From an uncultured bacterium (GTDB lineage: Bacteria; Krumholzibacteriota; Krumholzibacteriia; LZORAL124-64-63), in NCBI GenBank assembly GCA_963727525.1, contig CAVSGO010000007.1:448001-512000 (forward strand): a stretch of 64,000 nt of DNA. The letters are read 5' to 3'. A program made the position numbers and the translations under genes. Numbering within the stretch: the first letter of the stretch is position 1; each line of letters opens with the position of its first letter. Of this stretch, positions 31,236 through 41,803 are shown piece by piece. Below the pieces are notes generated by a model, which was not told the origin of the DNA, ran no database searches, and saw only the letters and a program-made list of their open reading frames with translations.

Positions 31236-34200
31236 TCAGCGCACGAGCGCCATCCGTTTCACGAAATGACGCTGGTCAGGAGTCGTCATGCGGGCGAAGT
31301 ACGTGCCCGAGGCGACACGCCGGTCCTGCTGGTCGTGTCCCCGCCAAACGATCGTGTGATGCCCGATCGGCCGGTTCTCGTCGAGCAACGTGGTGACGCG
31401 CCGGCCGTCGAGGGAGTAGATCTCGATGATCACCCGCCCCGGCTGGGCTATGTCGAAGGCGATCGTCGCGGCCGGGTTGAACGGGTTCGGATAAGGCGAG
31501 AACAGGCGGGTCGCGCGCGGCACCTCGCCGCCACCGTTCCCCTCATCGTCGGATCGATCGGGTTCCACAAGGGTGTGGAGACGGTCCACAGGGAGCTGGG
31601 TGACGATCTGGACGCGCGAGTTGCCGGGCCAGCTCACGATGACGCTGTCGACCGTGGTGGAGGCGCCGAGGCCGAAGGCCAGCCTCTTCATATCCTGGCA
31701 ACGCGAGCCGCCGCCGCCGGACACCTCGCGCAACTGGCTCTTGCCTCCGGCCACGAGGCGGACCCGCGCCCCGATGGCATCAGCATTCGCGCTCGTGCCG
31801 CGAAGATCGAACTCGACCCAGTGGCCGCGTTGCATCGTGTTGCGCAGCAGGAAATTCGGCGCGTTCTTGCGTACGATCACCAGATCGACCCCGCCGTCTC
31901 CATCGAAATCGCCGGCCGCGACTCCGGTGATGGCCGAGTCCAGCCCCGGCGTCAGCAGTTCTGACCTGAGGAACGACATCTCGCCGTAGTTCATCAGCAG
32001 CAGGTCGCTGTCATTGTCGCGCGCCACGTAGATGTCGAGGTCGCCGTCGTTGTCGAAATCGGCCAGGACGACGCCTTTGCTGTCGCCGACGGCGCTGAGA
32101 TAGGCGCCGCCCTGGATCACGTAGACACCCGCGTAGTGGTAGAAGAGCCGATCCGGCGCGTGGTCGTTTGCCACGTAGAGGTCGAAGACCCCGTCCCCAT
32201 CCAGGTCACCCCAGGCGGCGCTGCCGCCGCGGTGGGGATCGCCGAGTCCCCCTTGCGTGACGTTTTCGAATCCCGCAGCGCCCCGGTTGCGTGCGAGACG
32301 ATTCCAGTTCCAGATGCTCGACATGTAGACATCGCGCCAGCCGTCGCCGTCGAAATCACACCAGGCCGCACAGCGACCTGACCGGCGGATCTGGAGGACC
32401 TGGTCGTACTCGTCGGACAGGTGGACGAGTTGCTTGTGGTCGTCCGCCTCGGCCATGAGCAGGCGATTGCGGTCGGCGGAAATCACGACGAAGACATCGA
32501 GGAGGCCATTGTTGTCGATGTCGGTGAACGACGCCGTCCAGCTTTGGTTGGTGTCGCTCGCCGCGAGCCCGGGATGCTCCGCGAAGCTGCCATCGGCAGC
32601 CTGGATGAGGAGGCGGTCGGATTCGCCGTCGTTCGCGAGATAGACGTCCTGGTCACCATCGTTGTCGACATCGGCGAAGACACCTGCCTGATGCCGGCCA
32701 GGCTGGGCGAGGGCGGCAGGTGTCGCGTCGACGAAGGTCCAGTCGCCATCGTTGCGCAGGAGCCGGTTCGAGCCGTCGTTCACGGCCAGGAAGAGATCCT
32801 CATCGCCATCGGCATCGATGTCGACCACGCTCGCGCCCGTGCAGGTTCCCGGTTGCGTCACGGCGTCGGCGGCCACGGGGGTGAACGGCGGAAGCGTGTA
32901 GGTGGCCGATACCGGTACGGCCGGTCCGTCGGGCGATGTGTCGGCCAGGACCTGGGTCGGCGGCGGCGCCGTCCAGCCCGGGATATCCTGCCATGTGATC
33001 GTGTACTCGATGGGGTTGGGAACGAAGACGAGGCGGCTGCCACTGCCGCGTTTGATATAGTCGTCGGGGCCGGTCAGCAGCCAGGGGGCGTGGAGCCCGG
33101 TCGGCAACACCTGCAGGTCGATTGGCAGCACGCCGATCCCGTCGCGGAAGTTGAAGCTGATCGTGTCACCGGGTGCCGAGATGTTCTCGATGTTTATCGG
33201 CGCATTGTCGAAGCGCCACCATACGGCCGCCGGATTCGTACTGGGTGTGAACGACGTGGCATCCGGCGCACCGAAGAGGTCGCCGGCATCGCCGTAGTTG
33301 TTCTTGTGTTCCAGATCCATGCGTCCATCGGCCTGGACGAGCGAGACCATGTAGTGATTGCGGACGTTGGCCTGCTCCTCGTTGTTGCTGCCGTGCCAGT
33401 CGACATGCCAGATGGCCAGGCCGGATGATGGTAGCGTCGCGTCGCGTCCCGTCGCCTCGCGATTCTCGAACATGTAGAGTTCGTAGGGGATCACCGCATG
33501 CGGCACGATGAGGACCTGGTTCGATCCGGCCGCCAGCTTCACGTTGCGGTGGACACCGTCGAGGATGAATGGCTCGGTCCAGCCGGCCTTGTATCGCAGC
33601 GGCGCGCACGGCCATTCCGGATTGCCCTGTGCGGCCGACGCGCTCATGAGGCAATACAGGCCGGCGCCGTAGGATTCGAATCCCACATCGTAGAGATCGG
33701 GCCAGAAGAAGAGCAGGTGGCCGGACTCGTGGACATAGGTGGCCAGCCGCAGGTGCGGACCGACGTAGCTGATCGAGAAATTGGCGCCGACTACACCGTC
33801 CGCCGCGAAGCCCAGGAAACTGGTCTGGGGCCAGAGACCGACCCCCCAGCCAAAGCTGGGAGTACCTGCGTAGATGCAGTGGATCGCGTCGATGAAGCCG
33901 TCGCCATTCGCGTCGAAGCTGCTGAAATCGAATCCACGCACCGCGAGGTAGTTGAGAGCCTCGAGAACGAGCTCGCGAGCGCGCCAGCCCGCGGACTGGG
34001 ACGGATCCTCGTAGTAGTCCATGGAATTGATTGCGCGGTAGTAGTAGTCGGGGACGACGTTCGAGAAATCCAGGCGGCCTCCGGAGACTTCCAGGTAATA
34101 ATCGCGCGCGGACCCATTGCAATTGTCGTCGTTGAAACCGGGCTGGTTGAGAAATGCGCGGACCTCGTCCGGCGTCTTGGTGGCGTGGCTGTCGAAGAAG

Positions 34201-34721
34201 TCGACGAGAATCGTCAGACCCTTCACGTCGCCCGACGTGACGGGCTGAGGATCGTTGATGCCCTTGTCCGGAAGGCTCTTGCGCAACGCCTCCATCTCGT
34301 CCGCGACGGCGCTGCTGCCCCATACCGGCGCCGCGGCGCGGGCCGCCTCGGCGCGGGCAGTGCGTACGGCTGGCGGCAGCCAGAGGTGCTTCGCGATTCC
34401 GAGTCTGGCGACCGCGGCATCGCCGGCGCGGATGCCGGTGGAGACGAGATCCTGGCCGTCGCTCGCGAGGCGAGCAAAGCATACCTCGTACGTGGCCGGA
34501 TCGCGCACCAGCGTGTAACCGTCGAGGCTCTCGACGTGCTGAAAGTACTCATCGCCCCAGACACGCACGGAGACCCGTTCCCCATCGGGTTGGCGGAACG
34601 CATACGTATCGCCGAGCGATGCGTCGGCGACGGCGGGTGCGGTCCTGAGGATGGGGAGCAGGAGCACGACCGCGGTCGTGGCGATGCCGAGCGCATGGCG
34701 CCCGGACCGGGCTGTCATCAT
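31236..34721 (-). CDS. M6-family (immune inhibitor A-like) metalloprotease with FG-GAP repeats, ASPIC/UnbV and FlgD/T9SS-type CTD
   Basis: Signal peptide, prodomain QPDG...WGDEY, HESGH...WPDLYD...YCLM, DxDxDGDxD repeats, DAIGARV...FGLG, YPNPFNP CTD; GAGGA RBS before ATG 34721. Confidence 0.88.
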   Translation of the reverse strand: MMTARSGRHALGIATTAVVLLLPILRTAPAVADASLGDTYAFRQPDGERVSVRVWGDEYFQHVESLDGYTLVRDPATYEVCFARLASDGQDLVSTGIRAGDAAVARLGIAKHLWLPPAVRTARAEAARAAAPVWGSSAVADEMEALRKSLPDKGINDPQPVTSGDVKGLTILVDFFDSHATKTPDEVRAFLNQPGFNDDNCNGSARDYYLEVSGGRLDFSNVVPDYYYRAINSMDYYEDPSQSAGWRARELVLEALNYLAVRGFDFSSFDANGDGFIDAIHCIYAGTPSFGWGVGLWPQTSFLGFAADGVVGANFSISYVGPHLRLATYVHESGHLLFFWPDLYDVGFESYGAGLYCLMSASAAQGNPEWPCAPLRYKAGWTEPFILDGVHRNVKLAAGSNQVLIVPHAVIPYELYMFENREATGRDATLPSSGLAIWHVDWHGSNNEEQANVRNHYMVSLVQADGRMDLEHKNNYGDAGDLFGAPDATSFTPSTNPAAVWWRFDNAPINIENISAPGDTISFNFRDGIGVLPIDLQVLPTGLHAPWLLTGPDDYIKRGSGSRLVFVPNPIEYTITWQDIPGWTAPPPTQVLADTSPDGPAVPVSATYTLPPFTPVAADAVTQPGTCTGASVVDIDADGDEDLFLAVNDGSNRLLRNDGDWTFVDATPAALAQPGRHQAGVFADVDNDGDQDVYLANDGESDRLLIQAADGSFAEHPGLAASDTNQSWTASFTDIDNNGLLDVFVVISADRNRLLMAEADDHKQLVHLSDEYDQVLQIRRSGRCAAWCDFDGDGWRDVYMSSIWNWNRLARNRGAAGFENVTQGGLGDPHRGGSAAWGDLDGDGVFDLYVANDHAPDRLFYHYAGVYVIQGGAYLSAVGDSKGVVLADFDNDGDLDIYVARDNDSDLLLMNYGEMSFLRSELLTPGLDSAITGVAAGDFDGDGGVDLVIVRKNAPNFLLRNTMQRGHWVEFDLRGTSANADAIGARVRLVAGGKSQLREVSGGGGSRCQDMKRLAFGLGASTTVDSVIVSWPGNSRVQIVTQLPVDRLHTLVEPDRSDDEGNGGGEVPRATRLFSPYPNPFNPAATIAFDIAQPGRVIIEIYSLDGRRVTTLLDENRPIGHHTIVWRGHDQQDRRVASGTYFARMTTPDQRHFVKRMALVR

Positions 34722-34874
34722 GGCCAGTCCTCGTGCCTCGGCACTACATGGTGCCGGTCCAGCGGGGGATACGAAGGTGGCGTCATGATCACGATAGGGA
34801 AAACAGGAGTACGATGCAATGGCTTCCGCACCGCTCAGGCCTGGCGACCGGAGCGGTGCGGACATGGCGCCCGA

Positions 34875-37800
34875 TCACTTGACGAGGGTCAGGCGATGGC
34901 TCCAGGTCCCCTCCGCGGTTCGGAGGCGGCAGAGGTAAGTGCCAGAGGCTACCGGGTGTCCGGAACCGTCGCATCCGGACCATGTCGCTTCGTGCTGGCC
35001 TGCGGCCAGCGATCCGGCCACGAGGGTGGCAAGGCACCGGCCGTCGAGCCCGTACACGGCCAGATCCACGGCACCACCGCGCGCCAGCGTGAACGCGATG
35101 GACGTGCGTGGATTGAACGGATTGGGATACGGGGCGGCCAGGGCGGTCACAGCCGGTGTGGCGTCCGCCACCACGTCGGTGCTGGTGCCCTCGTTCACCG
35201 TGACCACACGGTCTGCGAGCACGCGGGTGAGCGCCTTGACCGAGCCGTCCGGCCAGCGGACGACCACGCTGTCCGCCATCGTCGCAGAGCCGAGGCCGAA
35301 TGCGAGGCGTCGGGCATGCTGGGCGAGGCTCTCGCCGCCGGCCGCCACGTCACGGACCAGGGTCAGGCCGCCGGCGATCACCCGCACACGGGCGCCGATC
35401 GCGTCGCGATTCATGCCGTCGCCGCGGAGATCGATCTGCAACCAGTGGCCGCGGTCGACGATGGTGTTGTGGAGCAGGACGTTCGGCTGGCCGTCGCGCG
35501 ACACGTAGAGGTCGAGACCGCCGTCACCGTCGACATCGCCGCAAGCCACCGCCATGCAGCCGGCCTCGGTCTCGGGGAGTTGCAGGTCCGAGGTGGCGAG
35601 ATCGCCGGACGACGTCCCGAACACGAGGCGATCCTCCTCGCCATTGCACGCGACGTACAGGTCGAGGTAGCCATCATTGTCGAAATCGGCGAGCACCACT
35701 CCACGGCCGTGGCTGGCCTCGTTCAGGGACGGTGAACTCACCTGCTGGAAATAGCCGACCTCCCGCCGATAGAGGATGTCCGGCTGTCCGTCGTTGATGA
35801 CGAGGAGGTCGAGATCACCGTCGTTGTCGACATCTCCCCAGGCGGCGGCGCGTCCGTTCAAGGTGCTGTTGGCGTCGCCCAGCACCTGGAAGGTACTGCC
35901 GTTCCAGTTCTGCACGAGCACGTTGGCCGTACCGAGATTCACGATGTAGAGGTCGCGGAATCCGTTGCCGTCGAAATCGCACCAGGGCGCTGCGGTGCCG
36001 GGGCCGGCCTGCGCCAGCTGGCTGATGCCCGCCGGATAGAGGACGACGTGGTCCCCGCCGAGGTTGCCGAACGACCGGAATAGCTGATTCGCGCTGCCCT
36101 GGTTGACGACGTAGAGGTCGAGGTGACCGTCGCGATCGTAGTCGCACCAGGAGGCGGCGCGCCCTGGACCCGGGTCGTCGATACCGTACTGGGCGATGTC
36201 CGAATACTGACCGCCAGCATCCCGCTCGAGCAAGAGATTCGCGACACCATCGCGAGAGAGGTAGACGTCCTCGTCGCCGTCGTCATCGATGTCGGCGAAG
36301 GCCGCGGCCATCGTCGGGCCGGTGTCGGCGAGGACGCCGTCGGCGATGTCGGTGAACGCGAGGCCGCCGTCGTTGCGCAGCAGGCGGTTGGCGGCGTTGG
36401 CGTTGCAAACGTAGATATCGAGATCGGCATCGCCGTCGATGTCCACCATGCTGACGCCGCGGCCAGGGCCGCTGTCGGCGAGCGGCCCGCTGCTCACGGC
36501 GGTGAACGGTGGATCGGTGTAGGTGCCTGTGAAGGTCAGGGGCGCGCCACCATTGACGATGTTGCCGCTGACCACGGCATTCGCAGGTTCCCTCCATCCC
36601 GGAAGGTCCAGCCAGGTGAGGGTGTATTCGCCCTCGTCCACGACCAGGAGGTTGCGGTCGCCGGTACCACTGATGTCGAATCCGCCAGGTCCGGCGAGAT
36701 GCCAGGGCGCGGGGACGTCGCCGGGTTCGGCGGTGATGACCACGGCCATCGTGCCCAGTCCCTCGCGATAGTTGAAGGTCATCGTCGGGCCGCTGGCGCT
36801 GATCGCGTCGACGTAGATCGGCGCGTTCCGGCCGTCCCACCAGGTGGCGGCTGGATTCGTGTCGGGATTGAATTCCACGTCGCCGGGCGCGGACCACAGG
36901 TCGAGGCTGTCACCGTTGTTGCGGTTGTTCTCCAGGTCCCAGCGCCCGTCCGCCTGCATGAGCGTGCAGAAGTAGTGTTGGCTCAACGTCTGTTGCTGGT
37001 CGTTGTTGCTCCCGTTCAGATCCACGTGCCAGATGGCGAGACCCGCGTCCGGGATGTTGGCGTCACGGCCCGTGCGCTGGCGGTTCTCGACCATGTAGTA
37101 CTCGTTGGCGTGCCCGGCGAACGGTACCTTGTAGACGAGATTCACGCCCGCCGTCGCCGTCAGGCCATCCATCAAGCCCTCGAGGACCACGGTGTCCGTC
37201 CAGCCCGCGAGGTCGCGCAGTGGCGCGCAGGGCTCGGTGGGATTGGTGCCCGCGCCCGTGCTGCACATGAGGCAGAACGCGCCCACGCCGGCCGAGTCGC
37301 CGTCGTAGTCGTAGAGGTCGGGCCAGAAGCAGAGCATGTGACCGTTCTCGTGGCAGAACGTCGCGAGGGAGAGTGACGAGCCGATATTGGTGATCTGGTA
37401 CCGGTAGGTGGTCACGCCGTCGGCCGACCAGGTGATGCCGCCGCTATGAGGCCACAGCCCCACCGACCAGCCGTGGTTCGGCACGCCGGCGTAGAAGATG
37501 TTCAGCGCGTCGATGTAGCCGTCGCGATTGGCGTCGTACTGGCTGAAATCGAAGCCCTGGCTCTCCAGATCCTGCAGGGCCTCGCGGACTAGTTCCCGCG
37601 CGCGCTGGCCGTACGGGACGTTCGGGTCGTCGTAGTACGTCTTCGGATTGACGGCCCGGTAGTAGGCATCTGACACGAAATTGGTGTATTCCAGCGCGCC
37701 GTCGGAGACGTCGAGGAAGAAGTCGCGCACGGAACCGTGATTGCCGAAGCCGTTGTAGCCGGGCAAGTTCAGATAATCGTCGAAACTGGCAGGCGGGACG

Positions 37801-38297
37801 GTCCCGACCTGATCACTGAAATCGACGATGAGGGTGATCCCGTGCACCTCGCCCAGGCATGACGGCTGAGGATCGCGCATGTCCTTGTCCTGCCGGGCGA
37901 TGAGATCGCTGTCGAGCAACGCGCGGGCGTCCCGCGCCCGATCGCGGCGCACCTGCGCCGGCAACGCGAGATGACGCGCCAGACCGAGCGTGGCGACGGC
38001 CGGGTCCCCGGCCGGTACGCCGGTGCTGACGAGGGTGTCGCCACCGCCGACGAGCGCGGCGTAGCAGATCACGCGGGTGGCCGAGTCCCGGACGAGGGTG
38101 TAGCCATCGAGGCTCTCGATGTGCTGGAAGTACTCGTCGCCCCAGACCTTCACCGGAACGCGGGTCCCGTCGGGCTGGGAGAGATCGAAACGCGCGCCGT
38201 CGTATGGTGCGGCGCCCGCGACGGCCGCGACGACGAGGCCCACGAAGACGCACGCGGCAAGCGGGCGCACAGCACGACGGCAAGGTACGGCAGGCAT
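34875..38297 (-). CDS. M6-family metalloprotease with FG-GAP repeats, ASPIC/UnbV and FlgD/T9SS-type CTD (paralog)
   Basis: HENGH...WPDLYD...FCLM; same architecture as the neighbour; GGGGAG RBS before ATG 38297. Confidence 0.88.
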   Translation of the reverse strand: MPAVPCRRAVRPLAACVFVGLVVAAVAGAAPYDGARFDLSQPDGTRVPVKVWGDEYFQHIESLDGYTLVRDSATRVICYAALVGGGDTLVSTGVPAGDPAVATLGLARHLALPAQVRRDRARDARALLDSDLIARQDKDMRDPQPSCLGEVHGITLIVDFSDQVGTVPPASFDDYLNLPGYNGFGNHGSVRDFFLDVSDGALEYTNFVSDAYYRAVNPKTYYDDPNVPYGQRARELVREALQDLESQGFDFSQYDANRDGYIDALNIFYAGVPNHGWSVGLWPHSGGITWSADGVTTYRYQITNIGSSLSLATFCHENGHMLCFWPDLYDYDGDSAGVGAFCLMCSTGAGTNPTEPCAPLRDLAGWTDTVVLEGLMDGLTATAGVNLVYKVPFAGHANEYYMVENRQRTGRDANIPDAGLAIWHVDLNGSNNDQQQTLSQHYFCTLMQADGRWDLENNRNNGDSLDLWSAPGDVEFNPDTNPAATWWDGRNAPIYVDAISASGPTMTFNYREGLGTMAVVITAEPGDVPAPWHLAGPGGFDISGTGDRNLLVVDEGEYTLTWLDLPGWREPANAVVSGNIVNGGAPLTFTGTYTDPPFTAVSSGPLADSGPGRGVSMVDIDGDADLDIYVCNANAANRLLRNDGGLAFTDIADGVLADTGPTMAAAFADIDDDGDEDVYLSRDGVANLLLERDAGGQYSDIAQYGIDDPGPGRAASWCDYDRDGHLDLYVVNQGSANQLFRSFGNLGGDHVVLYPAGISQLAQAGPGTAAPWCDFDGNGFRDLYIVNLGTANVLVQNWNGSTFQVLGDANSTLNGRAAAWGDVDNDGDLDLLVINDGQPDILYRREVGYFQQVSSPSLNEASHGRGVVLADFDNDGYLDLYVACNGEEDRLVFGTSSGDLATSDLQLPETEAGCMAVACGDVDGDGGLDLYVSRDGQPNVLLHNTIVDRGHWLQIDLRGDGMNRDAIGARVRVIAGGLTLVRDVAAGGESLAQHARRLAFGLGSATMADSVVVRWPDGSVKALTRVLADRVVTVNEGTSTDVVADATPAVTALAAPYPNPFNPRTSIAFTLARGGAVDLAVYGLDGRCLATLVAGSLAAGQHEATWSGCDGSGHPVASGTYLCRLRTAEGTWSHRLTLVK

Positions 38298-38365
38298 CGG
38301 CACTCCCCTGAGAGATTCAGCGACGGTGACTCGCGGCCGCCGTCGCCAGGTTTTGATTCTTTGTC

Positions 38366-38393
38366 ATTATAACTGATCTGACAGGCGAATCAA
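38366..38393 (-). promoter_or_regulatory. sigma70-type promoter for the M6 protease genes
   Basis: TTGATT-N16-TATAAT on the minus strand. Confidence 0.55.
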
Positions 38394-38977
38394 TGCCCCG
38401 TGTTCTCGTCGTCCTCCGCCGGGGGCTCGAAATGGTGGCGGCACCGCGCCTCGTACATGCCCGCCGCGCCCACCTGGATCTGGTCGTGGCTGCTGGTGAG
38501 GCGCTGAGTGAAGCCGGCGGGGTCGCCGCAGACCATGCAGATCGCGAGCTGCTTGGTGACGTACTCAGCCCTACACATGATCTCAGGCATGGACCCGAAG
38601 GGGAGCCCGCGGTAGTCGAGATCGAGCCCGGCGACGATCACCCGTCGGCCCTGATCGGCAAGGGCCACGCATGCATCCACGAGGTCGTGCCCGAAGAACT
38701 GGCCCTCGTCGATCGCCACCAGCTCGGTCTTCGGCTCGACCTGGGCCAGCACCTCGGCCGCCGTCACCACCGCCACCGACGGCAAGCTCTGCTGGCTATG
38801 CGAGACGATGTTCGCCACGTCATAGCGCGCGTCCAGCGTGTGCTTGAAGATCTGGATGCGCTGTCGGGCGATCTCGGCGCGTCGCACACGGCGGATCAGC
38901 TCTTCGCTCTTGCCGCTGAACATGGGCCCGCAGATCACTTCGATCCAGCCGCTCTTGCCCTGGACGATTTGCATCAT
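38390..38977 (-). CDS. tdk: Thymidine kinase
   Basis: ICGPMFSGKSEELIRR, IDEGQFF, GLDLDY, zinc-binding CxxC...YEARCR. Confidence 0.95.
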   Translation of the reverse strand: MMQIVQGKSGWIEVICGPMFSGKSEELIRRVRRAEIARQRIQIFKHTLDARYDVANIVSHSQQSLPSVAVVTAAEVLAQVEPKTELVAIDEGQFFGHDLVDACVALADQGRRVIVAGLDLDYRGLPFGSMPEIMCRAEYVTKQLAICMVCGDPAGFTQRLTSSHDQIQVGAAGMYEARCRHHFEPPAEDDENTGH

Positions 38978-39135
38978 GTCGTGGCGTCCTCGCTCGGGTT
39001 GCAGGAGTCGCCAATAGTAGTGCCACCGGGCGCCGAGGCCAAGCCAATCCCCGGCCGGCGCGACTCCGTCGCGCCCGATTTCCCCTCACACGAACCGCGT
39101 GCATCGGCCGCAACGGCGGGTTATCATTGCTTCCC

Positions 39136-39954
39136 ATGTGGAACCGACGCGATTTCCGAGAGGTCTGCGACCCTCCCCTTATCGGGATGGTCCACCTGGC
39201 GCCGCTGCCAGGGTCGCCGGGCTGGTCGGGCGATCTGGCGGAGGTCGAGATGGGGGCGCGGCGAGATCTGGATGGGCTCGTGGAGGGGGGACTCCGCGCG
39301 GTCATGGTGGAGAATTTCCACGATACGCCGTTCTACCCCGATCGCGTCCCGGCCGAGACGACGGCCGCGATGGCCGTGGTGATCGCGTCGCTGGTGCGCC
39401 GCCACCCCGATGTCGCGTTCGGCGTGAACGTATTGCGTAACGACGCGCGCGCCGCCCTCGGCATCGCGGCCGCGACGGGGGCGCATTTCGTACGCGTCAA
39501 TGTCCACGTGGGCGCGGCGGTCACGGATCAAGGGCTCATCCAGGGGCAGGCGCACCTCACGCTGCGCCAGCGGCGGCATCTCGGCCTGCACCGCGTCGGC
39601 ATCCTGGCGGACATCCGCGTGAAGCACGCGACGCCGATCGCGGAGCGGCCGCTCGCGGAAGAGGCGGTCGACCTGCGCGGGCGCGGCGGGGCCGACGCAA
39701 TCATCGTGTCGGGAGCCGCCACGGGTGCTGCAGCGGATTCTCGGCAGCTCGCCTGCCTGCGCGGCGTACTGGACGATGCGCCCTTGCTCGTCGGCAGCGG
39801 CGTGTCGACGGCGAACGCGTCCACGTTCGCATCCCTGGCCGACGGCGCCGTCGTCGGCACCTCGCTCAAGGAGAACGGCGCCATCAGTGCCGAGCGCACG
39901 GCGCGATTGCTGGCGGCCTGGCGCCAGGCGGCGCGCACGGGAGGGGACTCGTGA
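39136..39954 (+). CDS. BtpA/SgcQ family protein
   Basis: IGMVHLAPLPGSP, MVENFHDTPF, GVNVLRND, ADIRVKH, LVGSGV. Confidence 0.9.
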   Translation: MWNRRDFREVCDPPLIGMVHLAPLPGSPGWSGDLAEVEMGARRDLDGLVEGGLRAVMVENFHDTPFYPDRVPAETTAAMAVVIASLVRRHPDVAFGVNVLRNDARAALGIAAATGAHFVRVNVHVGAAVTDQGLIQGQAHLTLRQRRHLGLHRVGILADIRVKHATPIAERPLAEEAVDLRGRGGADAIIVSGAATGAAADSRQLACLRGVLDDAPLLVGSGVSTANASTFASLADGAVVGTSLKENGAISAERTARLLAAWRQAARTGGDS

Positions 39955-40005
39955 TGATGGGATCTCTCGCGAAGAAGGGCGTCAAGTGATGAAAGGTGTC
40001 ACGTG

Positions 40006-40737
40006 ATGAAGGGCGTAATCCTGGCCGGCGGTCTCGGCACGCGCCTGTGGCCGTGCACGAAGATCACGAACAAGCACCTTCTGCCCGTCTACGATCGGCC
40101 GATGATCTTCTACCCGATCCGGGCCATGCTCAATGCGGGTATCGACGAGGTGCTCATCGTCACCGGCGGCAACTTCGCCGGCGACTTCCTGCAGCTACTC
40201 GGCAACGGCAAGGAGTTTGGCCTCAAGGATCTCCACTACACGTACCAGGATGGCGAGGGCGGCATCGCCGACGCGCTGCGGCTGGCCGAGGACTTCGCCG
40301 ACGGCGGCAGCCTCTGCGTCATCCTGGGCGACAACATCATCGAGCGGAACATCCGCGCCGTCGCCGACGCCTACCGGCAGCAGCACGACGGCGCGCGCAT
40401 CCTTCTCAAGCGCGTACCCGATCCCCACCGATTCGGGGTGCCCGTCTTCGAGGGGGAGCGCATCGTTCGCATCGAGGAGAAGCCCCGGGAGCCGCGCAGC
40501 GACCTCGCCGTCACGGGCATCTACTTCTTCGACAATACGGTTTTCGACATGATCCGCACGCTCAAGCCGAGCGACCGCGGCGAGTTCGAGATCAGCGATG
40601 TCAACAATTTGTACATCGACCGCAATGCCCTGCAATGGAGCGAGCTGGAAGGCTGGTGGACGGATGCCGGCACCTTCGAGAGCCTGCTGCGCGCCAGCAA
40701 CCTGGTCGCCGAGGGTGGGGCGAACCGCGTCGACTAG
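40006..40737 (+). CDS. rfbA: Glucose-1-phosphate thymidylyltransferase (short SpsI/RfbA type)
   Basis: MKGVILAGGLGTRL, NKHLLPVYD, ILGDN, EEKP, RGEFEI, WTDAGT. Confidence 0.9.
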   Translation: MKGVILAGGLGTRLWPCTKITNKHLLPVYDRPMIFYPIRAMLNAGIDEVLIVTGGNFAGDFLQLLGNGKEFGLKDLHYTYQDGEGGIADALRLAEDFADGGSLCVILGDNIIERNIRAVADAYRQQHDGARILLKRVPDPHRFGVPVFEGERIVRIEEKPREPRSDLAVTGIYFFDNTVFDMIRTLKPSDRGEFEISDVNNLYIDRNALQWSELEGWWTDAGTFESLLRASNLVAEGGANRVD

Positions 40738-40765
40738 ACGCGCATACGACGACGGGAGAGGCGGT

Positions 40766-41803
40766 TTGAACATTCTCGTCACCGGCGGCGCCGGTTTCAT
40801 CGGCAGCAACTACGTGCGGCTCCTGCTCGACGAGGGGAGCGACCGAGTCGTCAACCTCGATGCCCTCACGTACGCGGGCAATCTCGAGAATCTGGCCGGC
40901 TGCGAGGACCACCCGCGCTATCGCTTCGTGAAGGGCGACATCCGCGACGCCGGGCTAGTCGGCCAGGTTCTCGCGGACGAGGCGATCGAGGCGATCGTCC
41001 ACTTTGCGGCCGAGAGCCACGTCGACCGCTCGATCGATGCGCCCCAGGAGTTTCTCGACACGAACACCCGTGGTACTCTCGTGCTCCTGCAGGCGGCGCT
41101 GGCGCATGGCATCGGGCGCTTCCTGCAGGTGTCGACCGACGAGGTCTACGGGTCGTTGCAAGCGGAAGACGCAGCCTTCCACGAGGCCACCCCGCTGGCT
41201 CCCAACTCGCCCTACGCCGCGAGCAAGGCCGCGGCCGACTGCCTGTGCCGGGCCTATCACCACACCTTCGGCCTACCGGTGCTCGTCACGAGATGCAGCA
41301 ACAACTATGGCCCGTACCAGTTTCCCGAGAAGCTGATCCCGCTGATGCTCGCCAACGCCCTCGACGAGCGCCCGCTTCCGGTCTATGGCGACGGCCAGAA
41401 CGTACGCGACTGGCTCTATGTCGAGGACCATTGCCGTGCCATCGATCTCGTGCTACGGCGTGGCCGGCCGGGCGAGGTCTACAACATCGGTGGTCGCAAC
41501 GAGTGGAAGAACCTCGATCTCGTGCGTCTCCTGCTCTCGCTCGTGGACCGGTCCGAGTCGCTCATAAACTTCGTGCCCGACCGGCCGGGTCATGATCGGC
41601 GATACGCGATGGATGCGCGCAAGATCGAGCGCGAGCTGGGTTGGGTGCCGGCTCATGACTTTCCCGCCGGGCTGCGCCTCACGGTCGATTGGTACCTGAC
41701 GCATCGCGACTGGTGGGAAAAGATCCGCAGCGGCGACTACCGGTCCTACTACGATCGGCTCTACGGTGCCGGTGGTCGCCACCACGAGGGCGGCGGCTCG
41801 TGA
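40766..41803 (+). CDS. rfbB: dTDP-glucose 4,6-dehydratase
   Basis: ILVTGGAGFIGSN, LDALTYAGN, AAESHVDRSI, STDEVYG, YAASK, DRPGHDRRY; TTG start. Confidence 0.95.
   Translation: MNILVTGGAGFIGSNYVRLLLDEGSDRVVNLDALTYAGNLENLAGCEDHPRYRFVKGDIRDAGLVGQVLADEAIEAIVHFAAESHVDRSIDAPQEFLDTNTRGTLVLLQAALAHGIGRFLQVSTDEVYGSLQAEDAAFHEATPLAPNSPYAASKAAADCLCRAYHHTFGLPVLVTRCSNNYGPYQFPEKLIPLMLANALDERPLPVYGDGQNVRDWLYVEDHCRAIDLVLRRGRPGEVYNIGGRNEWKNLDLVRLLLSLVDRSESLINFVPDRPGHDRRYAMDARKIERELGWVPAHDFPAGLRLTVDWYLTHRDWWEKIRSGDYRSYYDRLYGAGGRHHEGGGS

Noticed and set aside
33498-35735. Long plus-strand ORF (745 aa) and similar long antisense ORFs (6914-8854, 50458-52476, 57422-59206)
   Set aside because: They overlap well-supported genes on the opposite strand, carry no motifs, and are expected in high-GC DNA
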